Shown here: piece by piece, positions 10,513-19,592 of the stretch
Layout of the letters: every line of letters starts with the position of its first letter
How positions within the stretch are numbered: position 1 is the first letter of the stretch
From: a virus
DNA: 64,000 nt
Virus record (IMG/VR): IMGVR_UViG_3300007616_000002
Location: 1 to 64,000 of that record
Direction: 5' to 3' (one strand)
Made by a program: the position numbers and the translations under genes
The notes under the pieces: generated by a model
The model's input: only the letters and a program-made list of their open reading frames with translations
Database searches by the model: none
Told to the model about the DNA's origin: nothing

Positions 10513-11580
10513 ATGGACGAACGTACCGCTGACAACGTTATTAGAATCGCTCAACTGTTTATTTCTGCACTCGACGGTAATGAGTACCACAACTGGGACC
10601 ATCATCGCTCTGTTGTAGAGGAAGCTGTTACTATCGCACGAAAAGAAGGCCTCTCAAACGAGGATGAGCTACTTCTACGAGTTGCCACGTGGTTCCACGA
10701 CATTGGGTACGTCAACGGCGCTGATGACCATGAGAAGCTGAGTACTGACATTGCCAACGCTGTGCTCAAGAACAACGGTGTCAAGAAAAACTCTGAGGAT
10801 AGTCGTATCATCCGGGAAGCTATTCGGGGTACTGAGATTCCGAAGCGAGAAGAGCCGGAAAACAAAGTCGCCGCTATTCTCTCTGACGCAGACCTCGCTA
10901 ATCTCGGGAAAGATTATATCACGACGACAAAGCAACGAATGTCGGTCTATGAGGAGGCAGACACGGACCTGACCGAAGCAGAGTGGAACGAGGAAATGAG
11001 CCTCCCGCTTCTTGAACATGTCGCTGAAATCGGCTACTACACCGAAACAGCACAGGAGTTGTACGGCGACCAGCTTCGACAGAATCTCGAATACCTTCGT
11101 GAAGAGGTAGAAAACGGAACCCCTGACGTTATTGTTGCAGGAACTTTTGACGTGTTCCATATCGGACATGAAAAGATGTTCGACACCGCGTTCGCTCACG
11201 GGAATCCGATTATTGGTCTCACGAGTGATGAGATGGCGTCCAAGTCACGTGAACGTGAGGTCCGTGATTACAGTAGCCGTCTATCTGGAGTCGAGATGCA
11301 GGCTTCGGAAAGAGCTAGCATGTTCCATCGTGAGTACGAGGTACAACAAATCAATTCGACGTATGCTGACGCCATGACTATTGACGCGGACAAGATTATC
11401 GTCTCTCCCGAAGAAAAGACAATCGAGCGGGCTGAAGATATTAACGATGTTCGGGAAGAGAACGGGTTAAACACACTCGATATTATCGTTGCCGAGGAAG
11501 TGCGTGCTGATGATGGCGGTCGTATCTCTTCGACGCGCATTCGGAACAACGAAATCAACTACAAAGGGAATATTCTGTAG
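10513..11580 (+). CDS. HD phosphohydrolase fused to a cytidylyltransferase-family (archaeal PPAT/CoaD-like) domain
   Basis: YHNWDH...FHDIG...DADL; AGTFDVFHIGH, GLTSD, VSPE, ISSTRIR. Confidence 0.85.
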   Translation: MDERTADNVIRIAQLFISALDGNEYHNWDHHRSVVEEAVTIARKEGLSNEDELLLRVATWFHDIGYVNGADDHEKLSTDIANAVLKNNGVKKNSEDSRIIREAIRGTEIPKREEPENKVAAILSDADLANLGKDYITTTKQRMSVYEEADTDLTEAEWNEEMSLPLLEHVAEIGYYTETAQELYGDQLRQNLEYLREEVENGTPDVIVAGTFDVFHIGHEKMFDTAFAHGNPIIGLTSDEMASKSREREVRDYSSRLSGVEMQASERASMFHREYEVQQINSTYADAMTIDADKIIVSPEEKTIERAEDINDVREENGLNTLDIIVAEEVRADDGGRISSTRIRNNEINYKGNIL

Positions 11581-11625
11581 TCACCAAAAAGTTTAAGTAC
11601 CCCCGCCCCCAAGTGAGCATGTAGT

Positions 11626-11746
11626 AACGCACGAGGGAAACGGATACTTCGACTATAGAGTCACCGCGGGTTCAAATCCCGCTCCGAGATAGCCTCTCGG
11701 GGGTGTTTGGCTAACCATATACCCCCGTTTCCCGACTCTTGGCGTT
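11626..11746 (+). ncRNA. YrlA-like Y RNA (circularly permuted tRNA mimic)
   Basis: Promoter at 11592; end stem AACGC-ACGA-GGGAAACGG / CCGTTTCCC-GACTCTTG-GCGTT; ATACTTCG; T-arm GCGGG-TTCAAAT-CCCGC precedes loop-closed acceptor-like stem TCCGAGA/TCTCGGG and a D-like hairpin. Confidence 0.75.
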
Positions 11747-11801
11747 CAGGGTGGCACCCCATAAAAAGCCCGGGAGGATGGCTCCTCTCGTCAGAAAGCT
11801 T

Positions 11802-11929
11802 GGACCCATAGCTCAGTCTGGTAGAGCGCGTATTTATACTCTGTCCTGCTATTGGCACCCCGGTGCACTATGGAGGGAGTTACTCCGATGCTAACGGCGA
11901 GGTCGATGGTTCGAGTCCATCTGGGTCCA
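11802..11929 (+). ncRNA. tRNA-like RNA (GCT anticodon) with 54-nt structured insert in the anticodon stem
   Basis: Acceptor GGACCCA/TGGGTCC, D and T arms intact; anticodon stem CG^CCG/CGGCG interrupted at 11831-11884. Confidence 0.8.
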
Positions 11930-11933
11930 CTTC

Positions 11934-12058
11934 GGGGCCGTGGTGTAGTGGCCTATCATCGACTTATCCCGCACTCGGCTATTGCCGTCTTACGGACAAC
12001 GAGCGCGGTTACTTCGTATCTGGAACGACGGACCCTCGTTCAAATCGAGGCGGCCCCA
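11934..12058 (+). ncRNA. tRNA-like RNA (CTG anticodon, Gln-like) with 52-nt structured insert in the anticodon stem
   Basis: Acceptor GGGGCCG/CGGCCCC, T arm CCTCG-TTCAAAT-CGAGG; stem CG^TCGT/ACGACG interrupted at 11962-12013. Confidence 0.8.
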
Positions 12059-12148
12059 CTAATTTTAGAGGGCATCTCCGGTAGCGATTAGTACCTTGCC
12101 AACACCACTCCCACAAACTTTAATATCCCCCCGACACTTGTGTTGGAT

Positions 12149-13042
12149 ATGAGCTTCATGGATACACTCGCTCTGCCCTCGGAGATGACAAAACGCGACC
12201 ACTGGATTGTCTGGAAGGTTGATACACGCAACGGGAAAGAAACGAAAATTCCCATCTCGCCGCACACACGACAGTTCGGTAAAACTGACGACCCCCAGAC
12301 GTGGGCAACCTACGAGAAGGCTTCGAAGCTCGTTAACAAGAAGCCCCAGAAGTACGGTCTCGGATTCGTTTTCACCGAGGACGACCCGATAGTCGGAATC
12401 GACCTCGACCACGTTCGTGAGCCCGAGACGGGTCGTGTGACGGACGAGCGAGCCAAGGACATTATCAACACTCTCGACTCTTATACTGAGATTAGCCCGT
12501 CCGGTGATGGGTATCACGTCATCGTCAAGGGTCGTATGCCCTCGGGGCGTAACCGAAAGGGTGAGATAGAGATGTACGACTCTGGTCGATTCTTCACCGT
12601 CACTGGTAACCGAGTCCCGGGGACAGAGCCCGAAGTCAAGAACCGCGACTCGCCGCTTCGCGTGATTCACAACAAGTACCTCCGAGAGAGCATGACCCAG
12701 CAGACTCAGAGTACTACCAACGTAGGTGACCCTGAGATAGAACTGGACGATAACGAGGTCCTCAAGAAGGCCAAGAACTCCAAGTCTGGAAAGAAGTTCG
12801 AGGCGCTGTGGAACGGTATCACCTCGGGTTATGATTCACACAGTGAGGCTGACCTCGCACTCTGTAGCTATCTGGCGTTCTGGACTGGTGGAGACAAGAA
12901 CCAGATGGACGACCTCTTCCGTAAGTCTGGTCTCATGCGACCGAAGTGGGACAACCAACACGCTTCGGACGGGGATACCTACGGCGACCTCACCATTCAG
13001 AAGGCGATTCGAACATCCGATAGTTTCTACGGGCAGAACTGA
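12149..13042 (+). CDS. primase-polymerase (AEP, NrS-1-like)
   Basis: GIDLDH, YTEISPSGDGYHV, EMYDSGRFFTVTG, HSEADLALC..LAFWTG. Confidence 0.9.
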   Translation: MSFMDTLALPSEMTKRDHWIVWKVDTRNGKETKIPISPHTRQFGKTDDPQTWATYEKASKLVNKKPQKYGLGFVFTEDDPIVGIDLDHVREPETGRVTDERAKDIINTLDSYTEISPSGDGYHVIVKGRMPSGRNRKGEIEMYDSGRFFTVTGNRVPGTEPEVKNRDSPLRVIHNKYLRESMTQQTQSTTNVGDPEIELDDNEVLKKAKNSKSGKKFEALWNGITSGYDSHSEADLALCSYLAFWTGGDKNQMDDLFRKSGLMRPKWDNQHASDGDTYGDLTIQKAIRTSDSFYGQN

Positions 13043-13175
13043 GAATTAGTACTGCCAAACTTTGTAAAGCTTTTTCCTGAAACCTTTTATAAGATTCAAG
13101 ATTTTCCTTGACGGAGTAGGTAAACACACTCCGAGGCCAGCCACACGCGTGTGTTTGTATTTCTTTCAGAATAGC

Positions 13176-13216
13176 TGGACAGCCAGTTGGCCAACCAGTA
13201 ATCCAGCCAGTAATAC
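13176..13216. repeat. CCAG(TAAT) iteron-like repeats, copy 1
   Basis: CCAGTAATCCAGCCAGTAATA at 13195-13215 is identical to 31319-31339. Confidence 0.7.
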
Positions 13217-13408
13217 GCGCGTGTACACGTTCGTTTTGAAGTCTGTGACACTCAAGCGAGTGTGTGACTGACTCTTGCGAAACATTTATTATCCCCCCGA
13301 CTCTATACTTGGGTAAGCACTGATGGTTGAGGGGCGAACCGGACGCCACGGAGAGATGAGGCGTCGTAAGGTTTATACCCTACCCGGTGCATAAAACTAA
13401 ACACAAAC

Positions 13409-14587
13409 ATGAGTTTCCGAGACATTGCAAGCCAAGGCGCAGTTGACAGTCGAGAAAACAACGCAGATGATTCCGAAGATGACGGGCAGTCCGTCGAAGA
13501 CTACGGCATCGACGTAGACTTCGATGAAATTGCCTTCGTCCGATGTTCGCCCACCGTCTTTGTGACGGGCGTGTTCCCGAACGAGGACGAGGGTAACCCC
13601 ATCATCCGCTTCAAGAACGCGGACTACAACGACGGTCGATACGACCAAGGGTACCTCGGGCTGGTCATCGAAGACCCCGAGCCCATCGTCTCCGAAGACG
13701 AGGGAACTGGTGGCACTGTCATCCTGAAGACGGACGACCAAGACTCCACCGACTACCGAATGTTCGACTCCAACGACGACGAGACGAAGGTCGTGGAAGG
13801 CATGGGTGTCAAGTTCGGCAACAAGCTCTACGAGGGCGAGGTCCTCGAAGAGTTCTCCGAAGACCGTATTCTGCTGACGGTCAGCGGTGCTTCGTCCAAG
13901 AACGTGGCCCGTCGCCTCGACAAGAAGGGCGCTCTCGTGGCTGGCATGGACGAGGAGAACGGTGGCGTCAACGACGGCCTCATCGAGTACAAGCCCTACG
14001 ACCAGCGAGAAGACGGTCAGAACGAGGTCACGTCGCGCTACGCCCGTGACCCCGAACTCAAGACTGACCTCCACGAGACCCGTGTGGGCCTGTTCCTCGC
14101 CCGTCGTGAGGAACTGGACGACGAGAACACTGGCTACCTCGGTGCCGAAGGGCAGGGTCAGGAAGGAGACGGTCGTATTCCCCTCCTCGGGGAAGCACCT
14201 GACGGTGTGGACACGCACGCAGACCCCGATGAGGCCTCCTATGCGGAACTGGTGGCTGACGACAACCGTGGCGAGCGACCGATGTACTGGTACGTCGTCT
14301 TCAACGTCGAGGCCGAGGAAGAAATCGAGATGGAAGAGACCGACGACGAAATCGTGGGCTACTCGTGGCTCGATGACGACTGGGACCAGTTCGACCCGAG
14401 CGTCGGCGGTATTCCCGACGACCAGTGGGAGTTCGTGGAGCACTTCGTGGAGATGGTCGATGAAGGTGAAGTGACTGACACCTCCGAGGAGAACATCATC
14501 GCAAACATCGAAGACAACGCCGATGCCTTCGAGAGCGAGCCTGAGACGGACTCGATGGTCAACGCGATTACGAACCGCGTCGAATGA
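13409..14587 (+). CDS. highly acidic, codon-optimised protein (possible ssDNA-binding/replication factor)
   Basis: 392 aa, strong GC3 bias, tandem promoters, downstream T-tract; function guessed from context only. Confidence 0.8.
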   Translation: MSFRDIASQGAVDSRENNADDSEDDGQSVEDYGIDVDFDEIAFVRCSPTVFVTGVFPNEDEGNPIIRFKNADYNDGRYDQGYLGLVIEDPEPIVSEDEGTGGTVILKTDDQDSTDYRMFDSNDDETKVVEGMGVKFGNKLYEGEVLEEFSEDRILLTVSGASSKNVARRLDKKGALVAGMDEENGGVNDGLIEYKPYDQREDGQNEVTSRYARDPELKTDLHETRVGLFLARREELDDENTGYLGAEGQGQEGDGRIPLLGEAPDGVDTHADPDEASYAELVADDNRGERPMYWYVVFNVEAEEEIEMEETDDEIVGYSWLDDDWDQFDPSVGGIPDDQWEFVEHFVEMVDEGEVTDTSEENIIANIEDNADAFESEPETDSMVNAITNRVE

Positions 14588-14943
14588 GCGACTACATCGT
14601 CGTGAGTGAGTACGGAACAGAGTACTCCACGCCGATGACACGACAACACGCCGTGGCAAAGGCCAACTCGCTCAACTGGTCAAAGATGCACGAAGCATCT
14701 GAAGCAGAGGCAGTCGAGGCCGAGTAAGGCTCCACTTGCGTTTTTTTTTTTGAGCAGATTACTTTCGATAGCGATAGCTATTCAGCCTTGACAAAGTTAC
14801 AGCAAGTAAACACACTGCGCTTCTTCTTATTGCACTCTCTTTCTTCATCTATCGCCACGAGATGTTCACACTTAACTTTAACCCTACCTGTCCTTGATTG
14901 CCGGAAGATTTAAGTCCCACCCGACACAACTCAAGGATGAAAG

Positions 14944-15843
14944 ATGGAAACGTATCCCAAGTTACGCTATCCCGGGGAAGAGGCCACACAAGGCCTGTTC
15001 GCCAGTGGTTCTATTGTTATACAGGAGAAGTTAGATGGTTCGAACTTTCGGTTTACGTGGGAACCCGATACTGGATTCACGTTCGGGTCTCGGCGGACTG
15101 AAGGAGAGGGTCTTCACCGTGACCAGTTTGCCGACGCTATCGAGTACGTCGAAGAGAACGTCAGTGAAGTCGAGCTACGGAGCCAGCACAACGAGTTCGG
15201 TAAGCTAGTCTACTTCGGTGAGTTCATGAACCCGCATACCATCTCGTATGACTGGGAGGGAACGCCCGACTTCATCGGCTTCGACGTATGGTCTGAGGAC
15301 GCGCAGAACTTCCTCACAACGGGTCTTGTCCAATCCCTGTTCGATGGCCTCGACCTTCCCACTGCGCCGATTGTGACGACTGTGAGCGCCGATGAGTGGG
15401 ACGACTACGACTTTGAGTGCCCCGAGTCCGAATACTACGACGGAAAGGCTGAGGGTGTGGTGTTCAAGAATCATACGACCGACACTTACGGAAAGTATGT
15501 TCGAGAAGACTTCAAGGAGAAGAGCAAGCAGACCTTCGGACCCAGCAAAAAGTCCTCACTCAACGATACGGAGCGAATGGTCTACGCCTACATCACCGAG
15601 GCCCGTATTAGGAAAGCAATATATAGGCTTCAAGATGAAGAAGGTAAAAAGATTAGAATGGAGATGATGGCTGAAGGACTTCCGCAAGAAGTTATTTCGG
15701 ATTTTGTAGATGAGGAAGGGTTTAACGTGTTTATGAATGAGAATTGGAAAATAGGAATTGGAGAATTCCGGTCAATAGTATCTAGTAGATGTGCTGAAGT
15801 TCTTCGTCGTGAAGTAGATAAAAAAGTGAAGGAGGAGCTATAA
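14944..15843 (+). CDS. ATP-dependent RNA ligase (Rnl2-like)
   Basis: QEKLDGSNFR, FGSRR, FGEF, FIGFDV, EGVVFK, KYVREDFKE nucleotidyltransferase motifs. Confidence 0.85.
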   Translation: METYPKLRYPGEEATQGLFASGSIVIQEKLDGSNFRFTWEPDTGFTFGSRRTEGEGLHRDQFADAIEYVEENVSEVELRSQHNEFGKLVYFGEFMNPHTISYDWEGTPDFIGFDVWSEDAQNFLTTGLVQSLFDGLDLPTAPIVTTVSADEWDDYDFECPESEYYDGKAEGVVFKNHTTDTYGKYVREDFKEKSKQTFGPSKKSSLNDTERMVYAYITEARIRKAIYRLQDEEGKKIRMEMMAEGLPQEVISDFVDEEGFNVFMNENWKIGIGEFRSIVSSRCAEVLRREVDKKVKEEL

Positions 15844-16646
15844 TGCCTATAAAAATAACTTGTGATGAGTGTGGGGATGAATTTACTGTTCCACCCTCGA
15901 ATTCCGAGCAGAAATATTGCTCTCGTGAATGTTATTTATACAAAAATAATCCTAATAAAGAAGAAAAAGTTTCAGTCAATTGTGACTGGTGTGATAGTAA
16001 TATCCAAAGAATACCGTCATTAGTAGAACGAACAGAAAATAACTTTTGTGACCAAAAGTGTTCTTCCAAATGGAGGTCTGAGAACTGGACTGGTGAACGT
16101 TCACCGACATATAAAGACGCATCTGTCGAATGCACGTGTGAATGGTGTGGTTCAGATTATGAAGAATGGAGTACTCGAAAAGAACGTACTCGATTTTGCT
16201 CTCTTGAGTGTCGGAATAAATGGCAATCTTCACGTGATGGACCCGAGCACCCACTGTACAAAGGTGGTAGAAAAGAATTTGGTGAAAATTGGAAAGAAAT
16301 GAGAAGAGAAGCATTATCACATTACGGAGAAGAATGCAGTCTATGTGGAGCAGATTCATCTAATTCACTGATTGATGTTCATCATATAATACCAAGATGG
16401 CTATGGGACAATGTTGATGATGCAGACAAACTATGGAATCTTACTCCACTTTGTAGGTCTCACCATATGAAAGTTGAACGCCAAACTGAGAAAGTTATTG
16501 AGAAAATGGCCAAAGAGGAGGCCGAGAATATCTTCATGGAGGAGAACTGGGAAATCGACACGGGTGAAACACTCTCCATCGTCTCGAACCGGTGCTCCGA
16601 GGTCCTGCGTCGGATGATTGACCAGAAAATCAAGGAGGAGCTATGA
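15843..16646 (+). CDS. HNH homing endonuclease with Zn-finger repeats, fused to a displaced ligase C-terminus
   Basis: Repeated CxxC...FCS..C, DVHHIIP...NLTPLCRSHH; AT-rich; last ~45 aa resemble the ligase C-terminus. Confidence 0.88.
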   Translation: MPIKITCDECGDEFTVPPSNSEQKYCSRECYLYKNNPNKEEKVSVNCDWCDSNIQRIPSLVERTENNFCDQKCSSKWRSENWTGERSPTYKDASVECTCEWCGSDYEEWSTRKERTRFCSLECRNKWQSSRDGPEHPLYKGGRKEFGENWKEMRREALSHYGEECSLCGADSSNSLIDVHHIIPRWLWDNVDDADKLWNLTPLCRSHHMKVERQTEKVIEKMAKEEAENIFMEENWEIDTGETLSIVSNRCSEVLRRMIDQKIKEEL

Positions 16647-16906
16647 GTAGCCCTGTAATTTGTGAAGACTGCGGAAAGCGGGTCTCTATCTGTGCTGTCT
16701 CAACTGAGTCAAAGGAAGAATACAAGAAAAGCTACGGCGGATTCGTCCAGTCAAAAGGTGAGCGTGTGTCGGTGAGACTTGGCCTCGCCTGTGTTTGTAC
16801 GGTCTACACCGGGCATAAATTGAGATATGAAGGGCTAGATTCGGGAACATTCAAAGAGAAACCCGAGAAGTTCCCGGAAAATTGGATTAAGGTGAAAGAT
16901 GACTAA
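16643..16906 (+). CDS. small Cys-containing hypothetical protein
   Basis: ATGA-coupled; CEDC, CVC. Confidence 0.55.
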   Translation: MSSPVICEDCGKRVSICAVSTESKEEYKKSYGGFVQSKGERVSVRLGLACVCTVYTGHKLRYEGLDSGTFKEKPEKFPENWIKVKDD

Positions 16907-17288
16907 AGAGTACACCATCGAGGTTGATGTGGATGGGGAGCCCACTGAGGTAACCCTCTCTCAGCCCCAAGGAATAGAGTTTATGCACATAGTGGCGACG
17001 ATGCCCGATAGCTTCTCTGAAATGGGGCCTGAAATTGACCTTGATTCAGATGATGTTGATTGGTTACAGGCCCTTCTGGAGGTTACAACAGACCTTAGCC
17101 GCCGTGAGATACAATCTGGTATCTCTGTCGAAGACCTCAATAAACTAATTGGTGCCTCAGCAGAAGTGTTCGCAGGTGAAGAACCTAGCACACCCAGCGA
17201 TAGTTTTCGAATAGAACGGTCTGAAGGACCGTTCGAGGCGTTTGAGCTTGACAGTGATGGGTCTGTTGACACGGATGAGTGGCGATGA
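16899..17288 (+). CDS. hypothetical protein
   Basis: Acidic, overlapping operon gene. Confidence 0.65.
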   Translation: MTKEYTIEVDVDGEPTEVTLSQPQGIEFMHIVATMPDSFSEMGPEIDLDSDDVDWLQALLEVTTDLSRREIQSGISVEDLNKLIGASAEVFAGEEPSTPSDSFRIERSEGPFEAFELDSDGSVDTDEWR

Positions 17289-17695
17289 GTGAGACCACCC
17301 AGTGCCCTCTTGAAGGTTTGAAAGAAGATTCAGATGGATGTGATGGGCAGGCAAATCTACTGTTTGACGGCTCGTTGTACTGTCCAACATGTGAAAACAT
17401 GTTTGAAACAGAGTACACCCTTCGGGACGAAGATGAGAATATGTATGCAGAAGAAGTTCGAGACCTTCTGGAAGAAGACGCTGAAGTAGTGTATGAAGAG
17501 TATATCCGACTACTCGACCTGTATTACAAGAAACCTTTAGGATTCCCCGATGAAGGGCTGTATCAACGCTTTCAGTGCATATTTCCTCTGCTTATTGTAA
17601 AATATATACAAACTATGAAATCGTACCAAGAGGAAGTAAATCGAGAGATTAGAAACCAACTTCGGAGACAATCAATAAATAAAAAGACAGTTTGA
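17285..17695 (+). CDS. Zn-finger hypothetical protein
   Basis: CP...C...LYCPTC. Confidence 0.6.
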   Translation: MSETTQCPLEGLKEDSDGCDGQANLLFDGSLYCPTCENMFETEYTLRDEDENMYAEEVRDLLEEDAEVVYEEYIRLLDLYYKKPLGFPDEGLYQRFQCIFPLLIVKYIQTMKSYQEEVNREIRNQLRRQSINKKTV

Positions 17696-17719
17696 CTACG
17701 AGTTTGTTAAGAAGAAAGG

Positions 17720-17735
17720 TTTAAGTACCACCCGA
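17720..17735 (+). promoter_or_regulatory. representative viral promoter TTTAAGTACCACCCG (dozens of copies)
   Basis: TATA + CC(A/C)CCCG also at ~387, 1936, 5418, 8432, 10484, 11592, 12119, 14908, 23360, 25546, 27767, 38969, 46914, 47863, 53083. Confidence 0.85.
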
Positions 17736-17752
17736 GACTATTTTCGGGCACA

Positions 17753-18211
17753 ATGAACGACGAAGAACGAATTGATGCTGTTTTGAGCGCGGTGGCAAAC
17801 GTGCTCCTCGATAAAGGTGATGGGTATAGCGTCGGCCAATTGGTGGCTGACCTCGAAGGAGATGGAAATACACATGAGTCTGACCCGTACCACGTGTGGG
17901 ACCGGCACTTCCTTCAAGACATGGAGAAGCAAGCTACTGAATGGCGAGACGAGCCCCGTGACTTCGAAGAGGTAGAGAGTCTCATGGACGCCTTCTACGA
18001 GTACTGGTCCGAAAATACGGAGAAGAAATTCTGCCAGATTGTATGCATGGCACACGCTATCGAGAATGGAATTAGTGGATATAATGATGAATCTCCGTAT
18101 CAGGAACCGATAGATAATCTTGGGGATGACCAGTTACGACGGTATCTAAACAAGCGCCTCGAAAAAGAGGACTTCGAAGTTGAAGCCGCGGAGGCTATCA
18201 TCAATGAGTGA
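17753..18211 (+). CDS. hypothetical protein
   Basis: Leaderless ATG after promoter TTTAAGTACCACCCG. Confidence 0.7.
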   Translation: MNDEERIDAVLSAVANVLLDKGDGYSVGQLVADLEGDGNTHESDPYHVWDRHFLQDMEKQATEWRDEPRDFEEVESLMDAFYEYWSENTEKKFCQIVCMAHAIENGISGYNDESPYQEPIDNLGDDQLRRYLNKRLEKEDFEVEAAEAIINE

Positions 18212-19103
18212 CGGACTATCTCTCGAAGTAACCGCTGAGTCTGTGTTTGTTGTGGACTACACGGAAGAGGAGGTTAAAGAACTTATCGAAGCAGGTCGAA
18301 TCTCAGATGAGGAAGAGCTTATCAAAGAGACGAAGGGACAGCTTCGAGAAGAGATTAATCATCAGGCTAATGGTCGTGAGCTAAAGTCTGTTGACGTAAC
18401 TGCTGAGGTGGTCGATGATGAGTGAACGATATGAGTGTCCCGAGTGTGGTTCTGTCGTAACACTCGACCTTGCTGGAGGGGGAACAGCCAACTTCGGAAC
18501 GGCGTATTGCTCCGGTCGAGAAGAAGACCCGCACACAGCTACACTAATGGAGAGTGAATAAGATGGGTGATATTACTATTACGACGACTGTTCATGCATT
18601 GACTCAGAAGTCCCATGACAAAGAAGAACTACAAGAGCAGATGGACCGGTTGGGACTCGATAATATGGATGAATTTATCGAAATGGCTGAAACATCTGTC
18701 GAGTCACATCTTCACGAAAATGCGTTTGAGGAAGACGCACTCGAACTACTTGAAGTAACCGCAGAGGTGGAAGAAAGTGACGAGTCTGCCTGACGAATTA
18801 ATCGAGTATCACTTCGTTCTGAAGGACGGTGAGTCCTTCAAGGTCGATGCGGAGTACGTCGAGGTCGAGTACGGTGAGTCTGAGAAGCCCCATATCATGG
18901 CCGAGGTGAAGAAGTGGACGCTCTCGACCAAGACGTACTCACGTGAGATAACTGAAAGAGACGTAGAATCAGTGATGGCAGTTGTAAAAGACGAAGAGCG
19001 TGACAACGCGAAGTCGCTCATCAGCGGTAAAGACACGTAAACACACGCGCTACTCTTCTCAAACAGCGAAAGGTTTATTACCCTCCCAACCCTCGTACTG
19101 TGT

Positions 19104-19592
19104 ATGAAGTTCAATCAGACCAAGAAGTCTATTGCTGAGAGAACTCGGACGACCAATCACGAGGGTGGGGAGGCGTTCGAACCCGAAGATGTTCGACTTG
19201 GGCTTTATAAAGTCGTTATCAACAATCTTCTTGAAGACTCGTTCTACGAGTCCGACGAGGAGAGCTTTGACAAGGTGAAGTCACGTTTTGAGGAGTGTGT
19301 CATCGAGCACCCCGAGTTCGTGCTGAAGCTCGCCTACTGGGCCCGTGAAGAGGCGTACCTTCGGCAGATTCCCCAGCTACTGCTCGTGTTTGCGGCTAAC
19401 AACGAGCACACGAAGGGGTACGTCCGTGAGTACTCTACTGGAGTCATGCAACGGGCTGACGAGCCGCTGGAGGTGCTTGCAATGCAGGTGGAACTCTTTG
19501 GGACGAGTATTCCGAACCCTCTCCAGAAGGGTATCGAGGACGCACTGCACACGTTCGATGAGTACGAAGTGTCAAAATGGGATACAGCATGA
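19104..19592 (+). CDS. TROVE/Ro60 N-terminal half
   Basis: TTNHEGGEAF, DSFYES, PEFVLKLAYWAR...LR, QRADE, IPNPLQKGI...FDEYEVSKW. Confidence 0.9.
   Translation: MKFNQTKKSIAERTRTTNHEGGEAFEPEDVRLGLYKVVINNLLEDSFYESDEESFDKVKSRFEECVIEHPEFVLKLAYWAREEAYLRQIPQLLLVFAANNEHTKGYVREYSTGVMQRADEPLEVLAMQVELFGTSIPNPLQKGIEDALHTFDEYEVSKWDTA

Noticed and set aside
11831-11884. Insert as a non-canonical BHB intron
   Set aside because: The required 4-bp central helix (AGCG vs GTTA) does not pair at the junctions that restore the stem
11661-12091. ORFs 11661-11858, 11852-12091, 11863-12084
   Set aside because: They overlap tRNA-like RNAs and are non-acidic; spurious
13397-14659. Long antisense ORFs (also 32355-33380, 33480-34226, 20586-21422)
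   Set aside because: Shadow frames of GC3-biased genes on the opposite strand
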